Shown one piece after another: positions 28,038 through 38,182 of a stretch of 64,000 bases of DNA. Origin of the DNA: Klebsiella pneumoniae. Lineage in GTDB: Bacteria > Myxococcota_A > UBA796 > SXON01. Each line of letters opens with the position of its first letter. Position 1 is the first letter of the stretch. A model generated the notes under the pieces. That model was not told where the DNA came from. It did not search any database and worked only from the letters and a program-made list of their open reading frames with translations. The stretch spans positions 6,205 through 70,204 of the forward strand of contig CAMAXZ010000019.1 of the NCBI GenBank assembly GCA_945862325.1, in the 5' to 3' direction. Position numbers and translations under genes: made by a program.

Positions 28038-29188
28038 TCCGTCCGACCGTCGCCGCGCTCGTCCTGGCCGTGCTCTGCGCGCCGATGCTCCCGGCCTGCA
28101 CGCTCGCTCCGGGTTCGCCGGAGGCGCCCGCGGCGTCGCCGCACGCCTGCCCGATGCACCCCGCGGTGCGCGCCGACGGCCCCGGGCGCTGCCCTCTGTG
28201 CGGCATGGATCTCGTCCCCGTCGCTTCGACCGACGACGGCAGCGTGGGGATCTCCGACGCGCGTCGCGCGCGGTGGGGCATCCGGACCGTGGCCGCCGAA
28301 CAGCGGCGGGTCACGCGGACGGTGCGCCTCGCGGGGGTCGTGGGGTGGGATCTCAGCCGCCAGCGCGACGTCGTGGTGCGCGCGACGGGCGTGGTCGCCG
28401 GCCTGCGCGTGGCCCAGGGCGCGGCGGTGGCGCGCGGCGAGGTGCTCTTCGAGCTGCAGAGCCCGGAGATCCGGGCAGCACAACAGGACTTCCTCGCGGT
28501 GGACCCGGCCGGCGCGGCCAGCGCGCGGGCCCGCCTCGTCTCCCTCGGCCTCGCCGAGGCGCAGATCGACGCGGTCACGGCGGCCCGCGCGCCGCTCGGA
28601 GGCGTGCCCGTGCTCGCCCCGGTCGCCGGGATCGTGGCGGAGCTCGGCGTGGTCGAGGGGAGCCCGGTCGGGCCGTGGACCGCCCCGGCGCGCATCGCCG
28701 GCGCGGGCGCGGTGTGGGTCGACGTGACCGCGTCCGCAGCCGACGCGGCGGCCCTGCCGCCCGGAGCGCGCGCCACCGTCAACCTGCGTTCGCGGTCCGG
28801 AGAGGCCTGGCATGGGGTCGTCCGGGCCTTGCCGAGCCCCGACGCCGCCACGTCGCGCCTCCGCGTCGTCGTCGAGGACGACGGGGGCCCGCCCCTGCTC
28901 CCGGGAGAGGTCGCGACCGTCACCGTCGAGGTGGACCGCGGGGAGCTCCTCGTCGTCCCTCGCGACGCGGTCGTGTGGACCGGGGCGCGGCGGGTGGTGT
29001 TCGTCGATGTCGGCGAAGGTGCGCTTCGACCGCGGGAGGTCCTCGCCGAGGCCCCCATCGGCGAGGTCGTCCCGATCCGCGGCGGCCTGGCCGCCGGAGA
29101 GCGGGTCGTGCGCGACGGGGCGTTCCTCGTCGCGGCCGAGAGCCGGGTCCGTGATCCGGACGCGTGGGATCGAGGGGTGACCCCATGA
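28034..29188 (+). CDS. cusB: CusB-like RND periplasmic adaptor with heavy-metal-binding domain
   Basis: CPMHP..GPGRCPLCGMDLVP; APVAGIV; VPRDAVV; GLAAGERVV. Confidence 0.85.
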   Translation: MIRPTVAALVLAVLCAPMLPACTLAPGSPEAPAASPHACPMHPAVRADGPGRCPLCGMDLVPVASTDDGSVGISDARRARWGIRTVAAEQRRVTRTVRLAGVVGWDLSRQRDVVVRATGVVAGLRVAQGAAVARGEVLFELQSPEIRAAQQDFLAVDPAGAASARARLVSLGLAEAQIDAVTAARAPLGGVPVLAPVAGIVAELGVVEGSPVGPWTAPARIAGAGAVWVDVTASAADAAALPPGARATVNLRSRSGEAWHGVVRALPSPDAATSRLRVVVEDDGGPPLLPGEVATVTVEVDRGELLVVPRDAVVWTGARRVVFVDVGEGALRPREVLAEAPIGEVVPIRGGLAAGERVVRDGAFLVAAESRVRDPDAWDRGVTP

Positions 29189-32100
29189 TCGCGGCGATCA
29201 TCGCGTGGTCCGCGCGTCACCGCGCGCTGGTCTTCGCGCTCGCGGCCGTAGGGAGCGTGCTCGGGGTGTTCGCGGCGCGTCACGCGCCGCTCGACGCCTT
29301 GCCGGACATCTCCGACACGCAGGTGGTCGTCGCGACGGAGTGGATGGGGAGGAGCCCGGATCTCGTCGACGATCAGGTCACGTGGCCGCTGTCCGCCGCG
29401 CTCCTCGGCACCGAGGGCGTGCGCGTCGTACGCGGGCAGTCGATGTTCGGGATGAGCTTCGTCTACGCGATCTTCGCGGACGCGACGCCTTCGGAGGACG
29501 CGCGCGCGCGCGTGGCGGCGGCGATCGCACGCGTGTCCCTCCCCGACGGCGTGCTCCCGGCCCTCGGGCCCGACGCGAGCGGCGTGGGGTGGGTCTACCA
29601 GTACGCGCTCGTGGACGACACCAACCGCTTGAGCCCCGCCGATCTCCGCGATCTGCAGGACTCCGTGGTTCGCCCGGCGCTCCAGGCGGTGGAGGGGGTC
29701 GCCGAGGTCGCGAGCGTGGGCGGACACGTCCGGCAGGTCGAGGTGTCCGTCGACCCCGCCTTGTTGCGCGCGTACGGCGTGAGCTTCGCGCAGGTGGCGC
29801 GCGCGGTGGCTCGGGCGAACGTCGCCGCGGGGGGCGGCGCGCTCGACATCGCCGGCCACGAGTGGGTGATCCGGAGCCGCGGAGAGGTCCGGAGCCTCGA
29901 CGCGCTGGTCGACGCGCCCATCCCCGGGGCGGTCGGTGGTGCGGGGCGAGGGCCCCGAAGCGGCGGGAGCCCGGTGGCGGAGGCGTCCAGCGACGGGATG
30001 GGCGGGATGTCCGAGGGCGCGTCCGCGGCGACGGCGGTGCCCGCAGGCGGTCCCGAGCGCGCGCGCGCGCGTGTGCTCCGGGTCGGCGACGTCGCGGACG
30101 TCGCGTGGGCGCCCACGCCACGGCGGGGCGTCGGCGATCTCGACGGGCGCGGCGAGGCCCCGAGCGGCATCGTCGTCGCGCGCCAGAAGACCAACGCCCT
30201 GGACGTGATCACCCGCGCCCGTGGCGCGCTCGACGCCGTGGCGCCGGCGCTCCCCGAGGGCGTCCGCATCGTACCGGTCTACGACCGATCGACCTTGATC
30301 CTCGGCACCCTCGGCACCCTCGCCGAGTCGCTCGGCGAGGAGCTCCTCGCGGTGTCCCTCGTGGTGCTCCTGTTCCTCGGCCACCTGCGCACCGCGCTCG
30401 TCCCGGTCATCGTGCTGCCGGTGGCGGTCGCGGTCGCGTTCCTACCGATGTACCTGCAAGGGTTGTCGATCGACGTGATGTCGGTCGCGGGGATCGCGGT
30501 CGCCGTCGGGGCGATGGTCGACGCGAGCATGATCTGCGTGGAGAACGTGCACGTCCGCCTCGCGCGCTGGGAGGCCGAGGGCGCGCGGGGCACCCGCACC
30601 GACGTGATCATCGGCGCGATGCAGGAGGTCGGCCCGAGCGCGTTCGGGTCGTTGGTCGTCATCGCCGTGTCGTTCATTCCGGTCTTCGCGCTCGAAGCCG
30701 AGGAAGGACGTCTCTTCGCGCCGCTCGCGTGGACGAAGACCTGGAGCATGGTCGCCGCCGCGCTGCTGTCGATCACCCTCGCCCCGGCGCTCGCGGTCGC
30801 GCTGATCACCCGGCGCGGTCGGGCCGAGGAGGAGGATCCGGTCTCCCGCGTCCTCGGCCGCATCTACGCGCCGATCGTGCGTGTGGTCGTGCGTTTCCGC
30901 TTCGCCGTGGTCGGCGTCGCGGCGGCCGTCGTCGTCGTGACGATCCCGGTGCTCCTCGCCATCCCGTCCGAGTTCATGCCGCCGCTCCACGAGGGCAGCC
31001 TGCTCTACATGCCGAGCGCGCCCCCAGGCATCTCCGAGTCGCAGGCGGTCGACGTACTCCAGAGGATCGACGCGGCGATCGCGTCGGTCCCCGAGGTCGC
31101 TTCGGTGTACGGCAAGATGGGGAGGGCCGACACCGCGACCGACCCGGCGCCGCTCGGCATGGCCGAGGTGGTGATCACGCTCCACCCCGAGCACACGTGG
31201 CGCGCGGGGATGTCGTGGGACGGCCTCGTCGCCGAGCTCGACGCGCGCCTCGACGTGCCGGGCTTGCCGAACGCCTGGTGGATGCCGGTGCGCACCCGCC
31301 TCGAGATGTTGTCGACCGGGCTCCGCAGCCCCCTCGGGATCAAGCTTTACGGTCCCGATCTCGCGAGCGTCGAGCGCGCGGCGCGCACCCTCGAGGGGGC
31401 GCTGCGCACCGTCCCGGGCACCCGCAGCGTCGTCGCCGAGCGCCTCGTCGGCGCGAACACCCTCGACGTCGACGTGCGCCGCGTCGAGGCCGCGGCGCTC
31501 GGCGTGAGCGCCGCCGATGTCTCCGAGGCGCTCGAGGGCGCGTTCGCCGGCGCCCGCGTCGGCGAGTGGGTCGACGGGCGCTCCCGTTTCGACGTGGCCG
31601 TGCGCTACGCGAAGGACTTCCGTACGTCCCCGGAGGATCTCTCCGCGATCCTCGTCGACCGCGCGGGCGGCGGCCCCGTCCCCCTCGGAGACGTGGCGGA
31701 CGTTCGCGCCGGGTCCGGGCCGGAGATGGTGCGCAGCGAGGGGGGCTCCCTCGTGGCGCACGTCCTGATCGATCCAGGGCAAACGCCCGTCGACCGCTGG
31801 GTGGAGGACGCCGACGCGGCGATCGCCGCGGCCGGGTTGGACGCTCCGGGGGCGCTCGGCGCCGGGGTGCGTCGCGCGTGGGCCGGGACGTTCGAGTCGT
31901 ACGTCCGAGCGAGCGGGCGGCTCGCGTGGATGGTCCCCCTGGTCCTCGCGATCATCGCGATCGTGGTCCGGGCGAACACCGGGGGATGGGTACCGACGGC
32001 GATCGTGCTGCTGTCGGTGCCGTTCTCGCTGGTGGGCGCGGTGTGGCTGCTGTGGGCGCTCGACTACCGGATGAGCGTCGCGGTGTGGGTCGGCATGATC

Positions 32101-32436
32101 GCGTTGGCGGCCTTGGACGCCGAGACGGGGGTCGTGATGCTGCTGTATCTGCGCCTCGCCTGGGCGAGCCGAACCCGGGGCGCGCCCGCGGTCGACGCCA
32201 TCGTGGCGGGCTCGGCGCGGCGCCTGCGCCCCAAGCTGATGACCGTGCTCACGGATCTCGCGGGCTTCGTCCCCGTGTTTCTCGTGGACGGCCCTGGTGC
32301 CGACGTCTTGCGGCGGATCGCGGCTCCGATGGTCGGCGGCCTCGTGTCCAGCTTCTTGCTTGAGCTTCTGGTCTACCCGGCGATCTTCGCGATGTGGGCC
32401 CCCTCGTCGGACGCCGATCGGCCCGACGAGGGGTGA
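29185..32436 (+). CDS. cusA: CusA/SilA-type Cu(I)/Ag(I) RND efflux transporter
   Basis: LDALPDISDTQVVV, GPDASGVGWVYQY, GAMVDA, EGSLLYMP, TDPAPLGM, RLEMLSTG (three Met equivalent to the CusA triad), RLRPKLMT. Confidence 0.92.
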   Translation: MIAAIIAWSARHRALVFALAAVGSVLGVFAARHAPLDALPDISDTQVVVATEWMGRSPDLVDDQVTWPLSAALLGTEGVRVVRGQSMFGMSFVYAIFADATPSEDARARVAAAIARVSLPDGVLPALGPDASGVGWVYQYALVDDTNRLSPADLRDLQDSVVRPALQAVEGVAEVASVGGHVRQVEVSVDPALLRAYGVSFAQVARAVARANVAAGGGALDIAGHEWVIRSRGEVRSLDALVDAPIPGAVGGAGRGPRSGGSPVAEASSDGMGGMSEGASAATAVPAGGPERARARVLRVGDVADVAWAPTPRRGVGDLDGRGEAPSGIVVARQKTNALDVITRARGALDAVAPALPEGVRIVPVYDRSTLILGTLGTLAESLGEELLAVSLVVLLFLGHLRTALVPVIVLPVAVAVAFLPMYLQGLSIDVMSVAGIAVAVGAMVDASMICVENVHVRLARWEAEGARGTRTDVIIGAMQEVGPSAFGSLVVIAVSFIPVFALEAEEGRLFAPLAWTKTWSMVAAALLSITLAPALAVALITRRGRAEEEDPVSRVLGRIYAPIVRVVVRFRFAVVGVAAAVVVVTIPVLLAIPSEFMPPLHEGSLLYMPSAPPGISESQAVDVLQRIDAAIASVPEVASVYGKMGRADTATDPAPLGMAEVVITLHPEHTWRAGMSWDGLVAELDARLDVPGLPNAWWMPVRTRLEMLSTGLRSPLGIKLYGPDLASVERAARTLEGALRTVPGTRSVVAERLVGANTLDVDVRRVEAAALGVSAADVSEALEGAFAGARVGEWVDGRSRFDVAVRYAKDFRTSPEDLSAILVDRAGGGPVPLGDVADVRAGSGPEMVRSEGGSLVAHVLIDPGQTPVDRWVEDADAAIAAAGLDAPGALGAGVRRAWAGTFESYVRASGRLAWMVPLVLAIIAIVVRANTGGWVPTAIVLLSVPFSLVGAVWLLWALDYRMSVAVWVGMIALAALDAETGVVMLLYLRLAWASRTRGAPAVDAIVAGSARRLRPKLMTVLTDLAGFVPVFLVDGPGADVLRRIAAPMVGGLVSSFLLELLVYPAIFAMWAPSSDADRPDEG

Positions 32437-32446
32437 ACCGCGTGGT

Positions 32447-33238
<792 letters not shown>

Positions 33239-33242
33239 TGGG

Positions 33243-33416
33243 TTTGTCTCCGGTTTCGCGCCGCGGAGCGCGGCTGCCCCATCTTTGTACCGGGTTTGAG
33301 CCCCGCTCGCCTGCCTCCGTGTCGGTGGTTTGTACCGGGTTGTAGTCACGGCTGCACTTCTGCGGACGTAGGCGGGCGCCGCGCGGCGGCGGCGCCCGTT
33401 CGCGTGTATCGGGTTT
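33243..33416 (-). promoter_or_regulatory. Four-copy direct repeat upstream of the DUF4397 gene
   Basis: + strand TTTGTCTCCGGTTT 33243-33256, TTTGTACCGGGTT 33284-33296 and 33329-33341, GTGTATCGGGTTT 33404-33416. Confidence 0.6.
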
Positions 33417-33438
33417 GCGATCCGTGCCCGGGGCTTGT

Positions 33439-34515
33439 TCAGAAGCGCGCGTCGAGCAGACCGGCGACCCGCTCGGCGGCGTCGGTGCGGCCGAGGGTGC
33501 GCTGCGCGTCCCCCATTCGCAGGAGCGCGCCGCGGTCCGCGAGGAGCGCCAGTACGTCCGCGGCGGCCCGATCGGCGTCGAATCCAGCTTCGAGGAGCAC
33601 CTTCGCGCCACCGACCCGCTCAACGCCGCGGGCGTTGGCCTCCTGGTGGTTGTCGGTGACGTTCGGGGAGGGGACGAGAACGGCCGGCTTCCCGAGGGCG
33701 GCGAGCTCCGCGAGCGTGCTCGATCCGGCCCGGCAGACCACCAGATCCGCCACGGCGTACGCGTCCGCCATGCGGTCCTCGTATCCGACGAGCCGCACGT
33801 GGGGCGGGACGTCGCCCCACGCCGCCCGCACCTCGTCGACGAAGCGCGGCCCCGCGACGTGCAGGATCTGGGCGCCGCCGCGCCGCCCGCAGGCGATCCC
33901 CAGCGCGTTGATCGTCTTCGCGCCCAGGGAGCCGCCGACGACCAGCAAGGTCGGGCGCGCGGGATCGAGCCCGTAGCGAGCCGCGGCCGCCGCGCGATCT
34001 CCGGAGAGGATCTTCGGGTCGACCGGGCAGCCCACCGTGACGCGCTCGGCGCGGCCCGGGAGCTTGGCCGCCGTCTCTTCGAAGGTGAGCAGCAGCAGCC
34101 GCGCCACGCGCGCGCACAAGCGGTTGGCGAGGCCCGGGGCTGCGTTCGCCTCGTGGATCGCCGACGGCACGCCGAGGGTCCACGCGGCGAGCACCGTCGG
34201 GGCCATCACGTAGCCGCCGACGCCGAGGACGAGGGTGGCGCCGTCGGCGCGCAGGAGGGCGCGCGCCGACCAGACGCTTCGCGCGAGATCGACTGCGAAC
34301 CGTGCCTTTCCGGCGAGCCCAGCGCGCGGGTACGCCCGTGCGTCGACGGCGCGGAAGTCGTAGCCGCGCTGCGGCGCGACGCGCCCTTCGAGCCGCGCGC
34401 CGTCGCCGTAGTAGAGCACGCGATGGCCGCGGGCCCGCAGGGCGTCGCCCATCGCGAGCGCCGGGTAGACGTGGCCGCCGGTCCCGCCGCCGGCCAGCAC
34501 GATGGTGTGCGGCAT
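33439..34515 (-). CDS. murG: Lipid II GlcNAc transferase MurG
   Basis: AGGGTGGHVYP, GGYV, HEAN..PGLANR, GGSLGA, CRAGSST, NHQEANA. Confidence 0.95.
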   Translation of the reverse strand: MPHTIVLAGGGTGGHVYPALAMGDALRARGHRVLYYGDGARLEGRVAPQRGYDFRAVDARAYPRAGLAGKARFAVDLARSVWSARALLRADGATLVLGVGGYVMAPTVLAAWTLGVPSAIHEANAAPGLANRLCARVARLLLLTFEETAAKLPGRAERVTVGCPVDPKILSGDRAAAAARYGLDPARPTLLVVGGSLGAKTINALGIACGRRGGAQILHVAGPRFVDEVRAAWGDVPPHVRLVGYEDRMADAYAVADLVVCRAGSSTLAELAALGKPAVLVPSPNVTDNHQEANARGVERVGGAKVLLEAGFDADRAAADVLALLADRGALLRMGDAQRTLGRTDAAERVAGLLDARF

Positions 34516-34575
34516 CGCGCGGGACTATCCACCCGGCGCGCGGGCCGCCGCCGCGGGTCGCGATAGGGGGAGGGG

Positions 34576-36936
34576 GTGACCGACACGCGCTTCGCGCCGG
34601 AAGCGGCGCGAGCCCTCCGCGCGGCCATCCGAGAAGCCGGGGGAATCGAGATCTTCGCCGTGGGCGAGGTGCGCGACGGGCGTGTGACGGCCGTCGAGGT
34701 GCACGCGCGGGGCACGGACGACCAGGTGATCGCGCTGATCTCGCGCGCCCGCTCCGGCCAGGTCGTCGTGCACAACCACCCGAGCGGCGTGGTGCGGCCG
34801 AGCGAGCCGGACATGAGCCTCGCCGGGCGCTTCGGCGAGAACGGCGTCGGCTTCGTCATCGTCGACAACTTGGTCGAACGCGCGCTCTGGGTCGTCGAAC
34901 CCCAGCGACGCGAGCGCGTCGCCGTCGACGAGCGCGCGTTGATCGCGTTCTTCGACGACGATCTCCCGCGCGTGCTCCCCGGCTGGGAGGCCCGGCCGGG
35001 GCAGCTCGACATGGCGCTCGCGGTCGCGCGCCACCTTCACGCCGGCGGCGACGACACCGCCAGCTCACTGGTGCTCGAGGCGGGCACGGGCACCGGGAAG
35101 TCCCTGGCGTACCTCGTGCCTTCCGCCTTGTGGGCGCTCGCCAACGAGGGGCGGGTGGTCGTGTCCACCTACACGCGGACCCTCCAGGCGCAGCTCGTGG
35201 CCGACGACCTCCCGCTCCTCGCGCGGGTGTTGCCGGTGCGCGCCGCGGTGCTCAAGGGGCGGACGAACTACGCGTGTCGGCGGAAAGTAGCGGCGGTCGA
35301 GCGCACCCCGCGCACCGAGGCGCTCGTGCGCTGGGCCGAGACGAGCGCCACCGGCGACTTCTCCGAGCTGCCGTTCGAGGTGGAAGAGGACGATTGGGAG
35401 TCGATCGAGAGTGACGTCGATCAGACGCTCCGGGCACGTTGTCCATACTTCAACCGGTGTTTCTACTACCAGGCACGCCGCGCCGCCGCCGGCGCGCACC
35501 TCGTCGTCGTCAACCACGCGCTCCTCCTCGCCGATCGCTCCCTGAAGCGCCTCGAGGCGCCCGGCATCCTGCCCGACTACGACCGGATCATCCTCGATGA
35601 GGCGCACCACCTCGAGCAGGCGGTCACGACCGTCGGCGCGACGCGCTTGAGCGCCCGCAGTCTCGGGCGCGCGCTCGGCCCGGTGCTGTCGCGGTCGCGT
35701 CGCCCCGGCGCGCTCGACCGTGTCGCCGACCGCTGGCCCGCCGCCGCGGCGCACGCGCACGGCGCGATCGACGCCCTGGCTCGGGTGCGCGATCTCGCGA
35801 AGGAGGGGTTTGCGCGGCTCGACGCCGAAGTCCACGAGCCGGCCCGCGTCCGCGCGGAGCCGCCGGACCCCATGTTCTTCTCCGATCTCGCCGACGCGCT
35901 CGACCGCGGCGCGGCCACGCTCGGCGCGGTGCAGGACGCCCTCGACGGGCAGGACGTCCCCGTCAGCCACGCGCAGCCAGTGCTCGACCTGCAGCGCGCG
36001 CGGCGCCGCCTCGAAGAGGGGGCCGCGTCGGCGCGCGCGTTCCTCGCGCCGGACGAAGAGGCCTGCCGCTGGCTCGATCCGGGCGCCGCCGGCGTCGTCG
36101 CGGCCCGCGCGCCGATCGACGTCCAGCCGCTGGTGCGGCGCCTGCTCGTCGACGGCGTGCACGCCGTCGTGCACACGTCGGCGACGCTGGCCGTGAACGG
36201 ACGCATCGACCACTGGCGCGACCGCGTCGGCCTCGTCGACGCGGGGTTCCGCACGTTCCCGTCGCCGTTCGACTATCCGAACCAGGCGATCCTCGCGCTG
36301 CCGCGCGACCTTCCCGCGCCCGACGCGCCGGGGTGGCTCGACGCGTGCGGCGCCGCCGTGGTCGCGGCGCTCGAGGCCAGCCGCGGCGGCGCGTTCGTGC
36401 TTTGCACGAGCCACGACGCGGTCCGCGCGTTCTCCGAGCGCGCCGAAGCGGCCCTCGGCGGGCGCCACGCGATCCTCCGGCAGGGGCGTGGCGGGAAGGG
36501 GTCGCTCCTCGAGCGATTCCGGAAGGATCGCGGAGCGATCTTGTTCGGAACGGACTCGTTCTGGGAGGGCGTGAGCGTGCGTGGCGACGGCCTGCGGCTC
36601 GTCGTGATCCCGCGCCTCCCGTTTCGGGTGCCGACGGAGCCGTTGTCCGAGGCGCGGTTCGAGCGCATCCGCGACCGCGGGGGGGACCCGTTCCGCGCGT
36701 GGTCGCTCCCGGAGGCGGTGCTGAAGCTGCGCCAGGGGTTCGGGCGACTCGTCCGGTCCAAGGGAGATCGTGGGGCGGTGATGGTGCTCGACCGGCGCCT
36801 CCACGAGGCCTGGTACGGGCGAGTGTTCCTCGGGTCGCTCCCGGATGCGCGCCGCGTCGTCGGGCCGCTACGAGCGGTCATCGAACACCTGACGGCGTTC
36901 TACCAGAGACGTGGCGTCACGGAGGGGCCTCCGTGA
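34576..36936 (+). CDS. DinG/YoaA-family helicase with N-terminal JAB/MPN-like domain
   Basis: HNHPSG..PSEPD; RPGQ, EAGTGTGKS, KGRTNY, VVNHALL, DEAH, SPFDY, FWEGV, RLPF, QGFGRLVR. Confidence 0.88.
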   Translation: MTDTRFAPEAARALRAAIREAGGIEIFAVGEVRDGRVTAVEVHARGTDDQVIALISRARSGQVVVHNHPSGVVRPSEPDMSLAGRFGENGVGFVIVDNLVERALWVVEPQRRERVAVDERALIAFFDDDLPRVLPGWEARPGQLDMALAVARHLHAGGDDTASSLVLEAGTGTGKSLAYLVPSALWALANEGRVVVSTYTRTLQAQLVADDLPLLARVLPVRAAVLKGRTNYACRRKVAAVERTPRTEALVRWAETSATGDFSELPFEVEEDDWESIESDVDQTLRARCPYFNRCFYYQARRAAAGAHLVVVNHALLLADRSLKRLEAPGILPDYDRIILDEAHHLEQAVTTVGATRLSARSLGRALGPVLSRSRRPGALDRVADRWPAAAAHAHGAIDALARVRDLAKEGFARLDAEVHEPARVRAEPPDPMFFSDLADALDRGAATLGAVQDALDGQDVPVSHAQPVLDLQRARRRLEEGAASARAFLAPDEEACRWLDPGAAGVVAARAPIDVQPLVRRLLVDGVHAVVHTSATLAVNGRIDHWRDRVGLVDAGFRTFPSPFDYPNQAILALPRDLPAPDAPGWLDACGAAVVAALEASRGGAFVLCTSHDAVRAFSERAEAALGGRHAILRQGRGGKGSLLERFRKDRGAILFGTDSFWEGVSVRGDGLRLVVIPRLPFRVPTEPLSEARFERIRDRGGDPFRAWSLPEAVLKLRQGFGRLVRSKGDRGAVMVLDRRLHEAWYGRVFLGSLPDARRVVGPLRAVIEHLTAFYQRRGVTEGPP

Positions 36937-37005
36937 ACGCGCCGCGTTGCGGCCTTGCCGCGGACGTGTGACGAAGCGTCGGCGTCGAAGGGGGCGGCCT
37001 TGTAC

Positions 37006-37944
37006 TTGGAGCTCGTGCTTCTCAATGGCAACTCCAATCCTCCGCTCGCGCGCGCGATCGCGGGGGCGTTGGGCGAGCCGCTCGGCATGGCGCGCGTCAC
37101 GCGGTTCAGCGACGCGGAGACGCAAGTCGAGATCGACGACAACGTGCGCGGTCGCGACGTGTTCCTCATGCAGAGCACGTGCAATCCGGCCAACGACCAC
37201 ATCATGGAGCTGCTGATCCTCGTCGACGCGTGCAAGCGGGCGTCGGCCGGGCGGATCACGGCGGTCATCCCCTACTACGGCTACGCCCGCCAGGACCGCA
37301 AGGTCGCCCCGCGCGCGCCGATCACCGCCAAGCTCGTGGCGGACATCCTCACGCGGGCGGGCGTGCAGCGCGTCCTGACGATGGACCTGCACGCCGGTCA
37401 GATCCAGGGGTTCTTCGACATCCCCGTCGACAACCTCTACGCGGGCCCCACCCTGCGGGCGCACATCGCCGCGTCGCTTCCGCTGGCCGACACGGTCATC
37501 GTGTCGCCCGACGCGGGCGGCGTCGAGCGCGCGCGCTCCTACGCGCGGCCCCTCGGCTGCGGCCTCGCCATCATCGACAAGCGGCGCAGCGGGCCCAACC
37601 AGGCCGAGGCCCTGCACCTCATCGGCGACGTCCGCGACAAGGACGCGATCATCATCGACGACATGATCGACACGGCCGGCACCCTGGTGAAGGCCGCCGC
37701 GGCGCTGCGCTCCAACGGCGCGCGGCGGGTGTTCGCGGTGGCCACGCACCCCGTGTTGAGCGGCCCCGCGGTCGAGCGCATCGTCACGAGCAGCCTCGAG
37801 CGGGTCATCGTGACCGACACCATCCCGCTGTCCGAGGCCGCCGCCGCGTGCGGGCGCATCGAGGTCGTCAGCGTCGCCCCGGTGTTCGCGCAGGCCATCA
37901 GCAGCATCCACAGCCACGACTCGGTCAGCCGACTGTTCCGCTGA
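37006..37944 (+). CDS. prs: Ribose-phosphate pyrophosphokinase
   Basis: RFSDAE, YYGYARQDRK, DLHAGQIQGFF, SPDAGGVERA, DDMIDTAGT; start codon uncertain (TTG at 37000 or 37006). Confidence 0.95.
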   Translation: MELVLLNGNSNPPLARAIAGALGEPLGMARVTRFSDAETQVEIDDNVRGRDVFLMQSTCNPANDHIMELLILVDACKRASAGRITAVIPYYGYARQDRKVAPRAPITAKLVADILTRAGVQRVLTMDLHAGQIQGFFDIPVDNLYAGPTLRAHIAASLPLADTVIVSPDAGGVERARSYARPLGCGLAIIDKRRSGPNQAEALHLIGDVRDKDAIIIDDMIDTAGTLVKAAAALRSNGARRVFAVATHPVLSGPAVERIVTSSLERVIVTDTIPLSEAAAACGRIEVVSVAPVFAQAISSIHSHDSVSRLFR

Positions 37945-37967
37945 GGGGCAGGGCGGCGCGCTTTTCC

Positions 37968-37996
37968 TTGACGCCCGGTGGCCCCTCCGTTAGAAG
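37968..37996 (+). promoter_or_regulatory. Putative sigma70-type promoter of the rplY operon
   Basis: TTGACG-17 nt-TAGAAG. Confidence 0.5.
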
Positions 37997-38182
37997 CGGC
38001 GGGCTTCGGGGTTGGTCCCTGAGGCACCGCCGCGCCGGCCCTCATGGGCCCTTCGTCCGAGGCGCGGTCCGACGGTGCGCTCACGCGCTCCGGGGTCCGG
38101 TGCATTCCGGGGGAAGGACGTTTCCCGCCGGTCGGCCCGCCCGTCCGTCGGGAGTCTTCAAGCACGGGCGCAGGAGTCGTTC
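37996..38182 (+). promoter_or_regulatory. Structured rplY 5' leader (candidate cis-regulatory RNA)
   Basis: Several complementary stems (see findings). Confidence 0.4.

Noticed and set aside
34576-36936. DinG as type IV CRISPR Csf4 or a defence helicase
   Set aside because: No cas genes or array; it lies between the housekeeping genes murG and prs
37996-38182. 6S RNA, SRP RNA or tRNA between prs and rplY
   Set aside because: GTCCCTGAG loosely recalls 6S, but I see no long rod with a central bubble, no SRP GGAA/GCAG loop and no cloverleaf or TTC loop; kept only as a leader candidate
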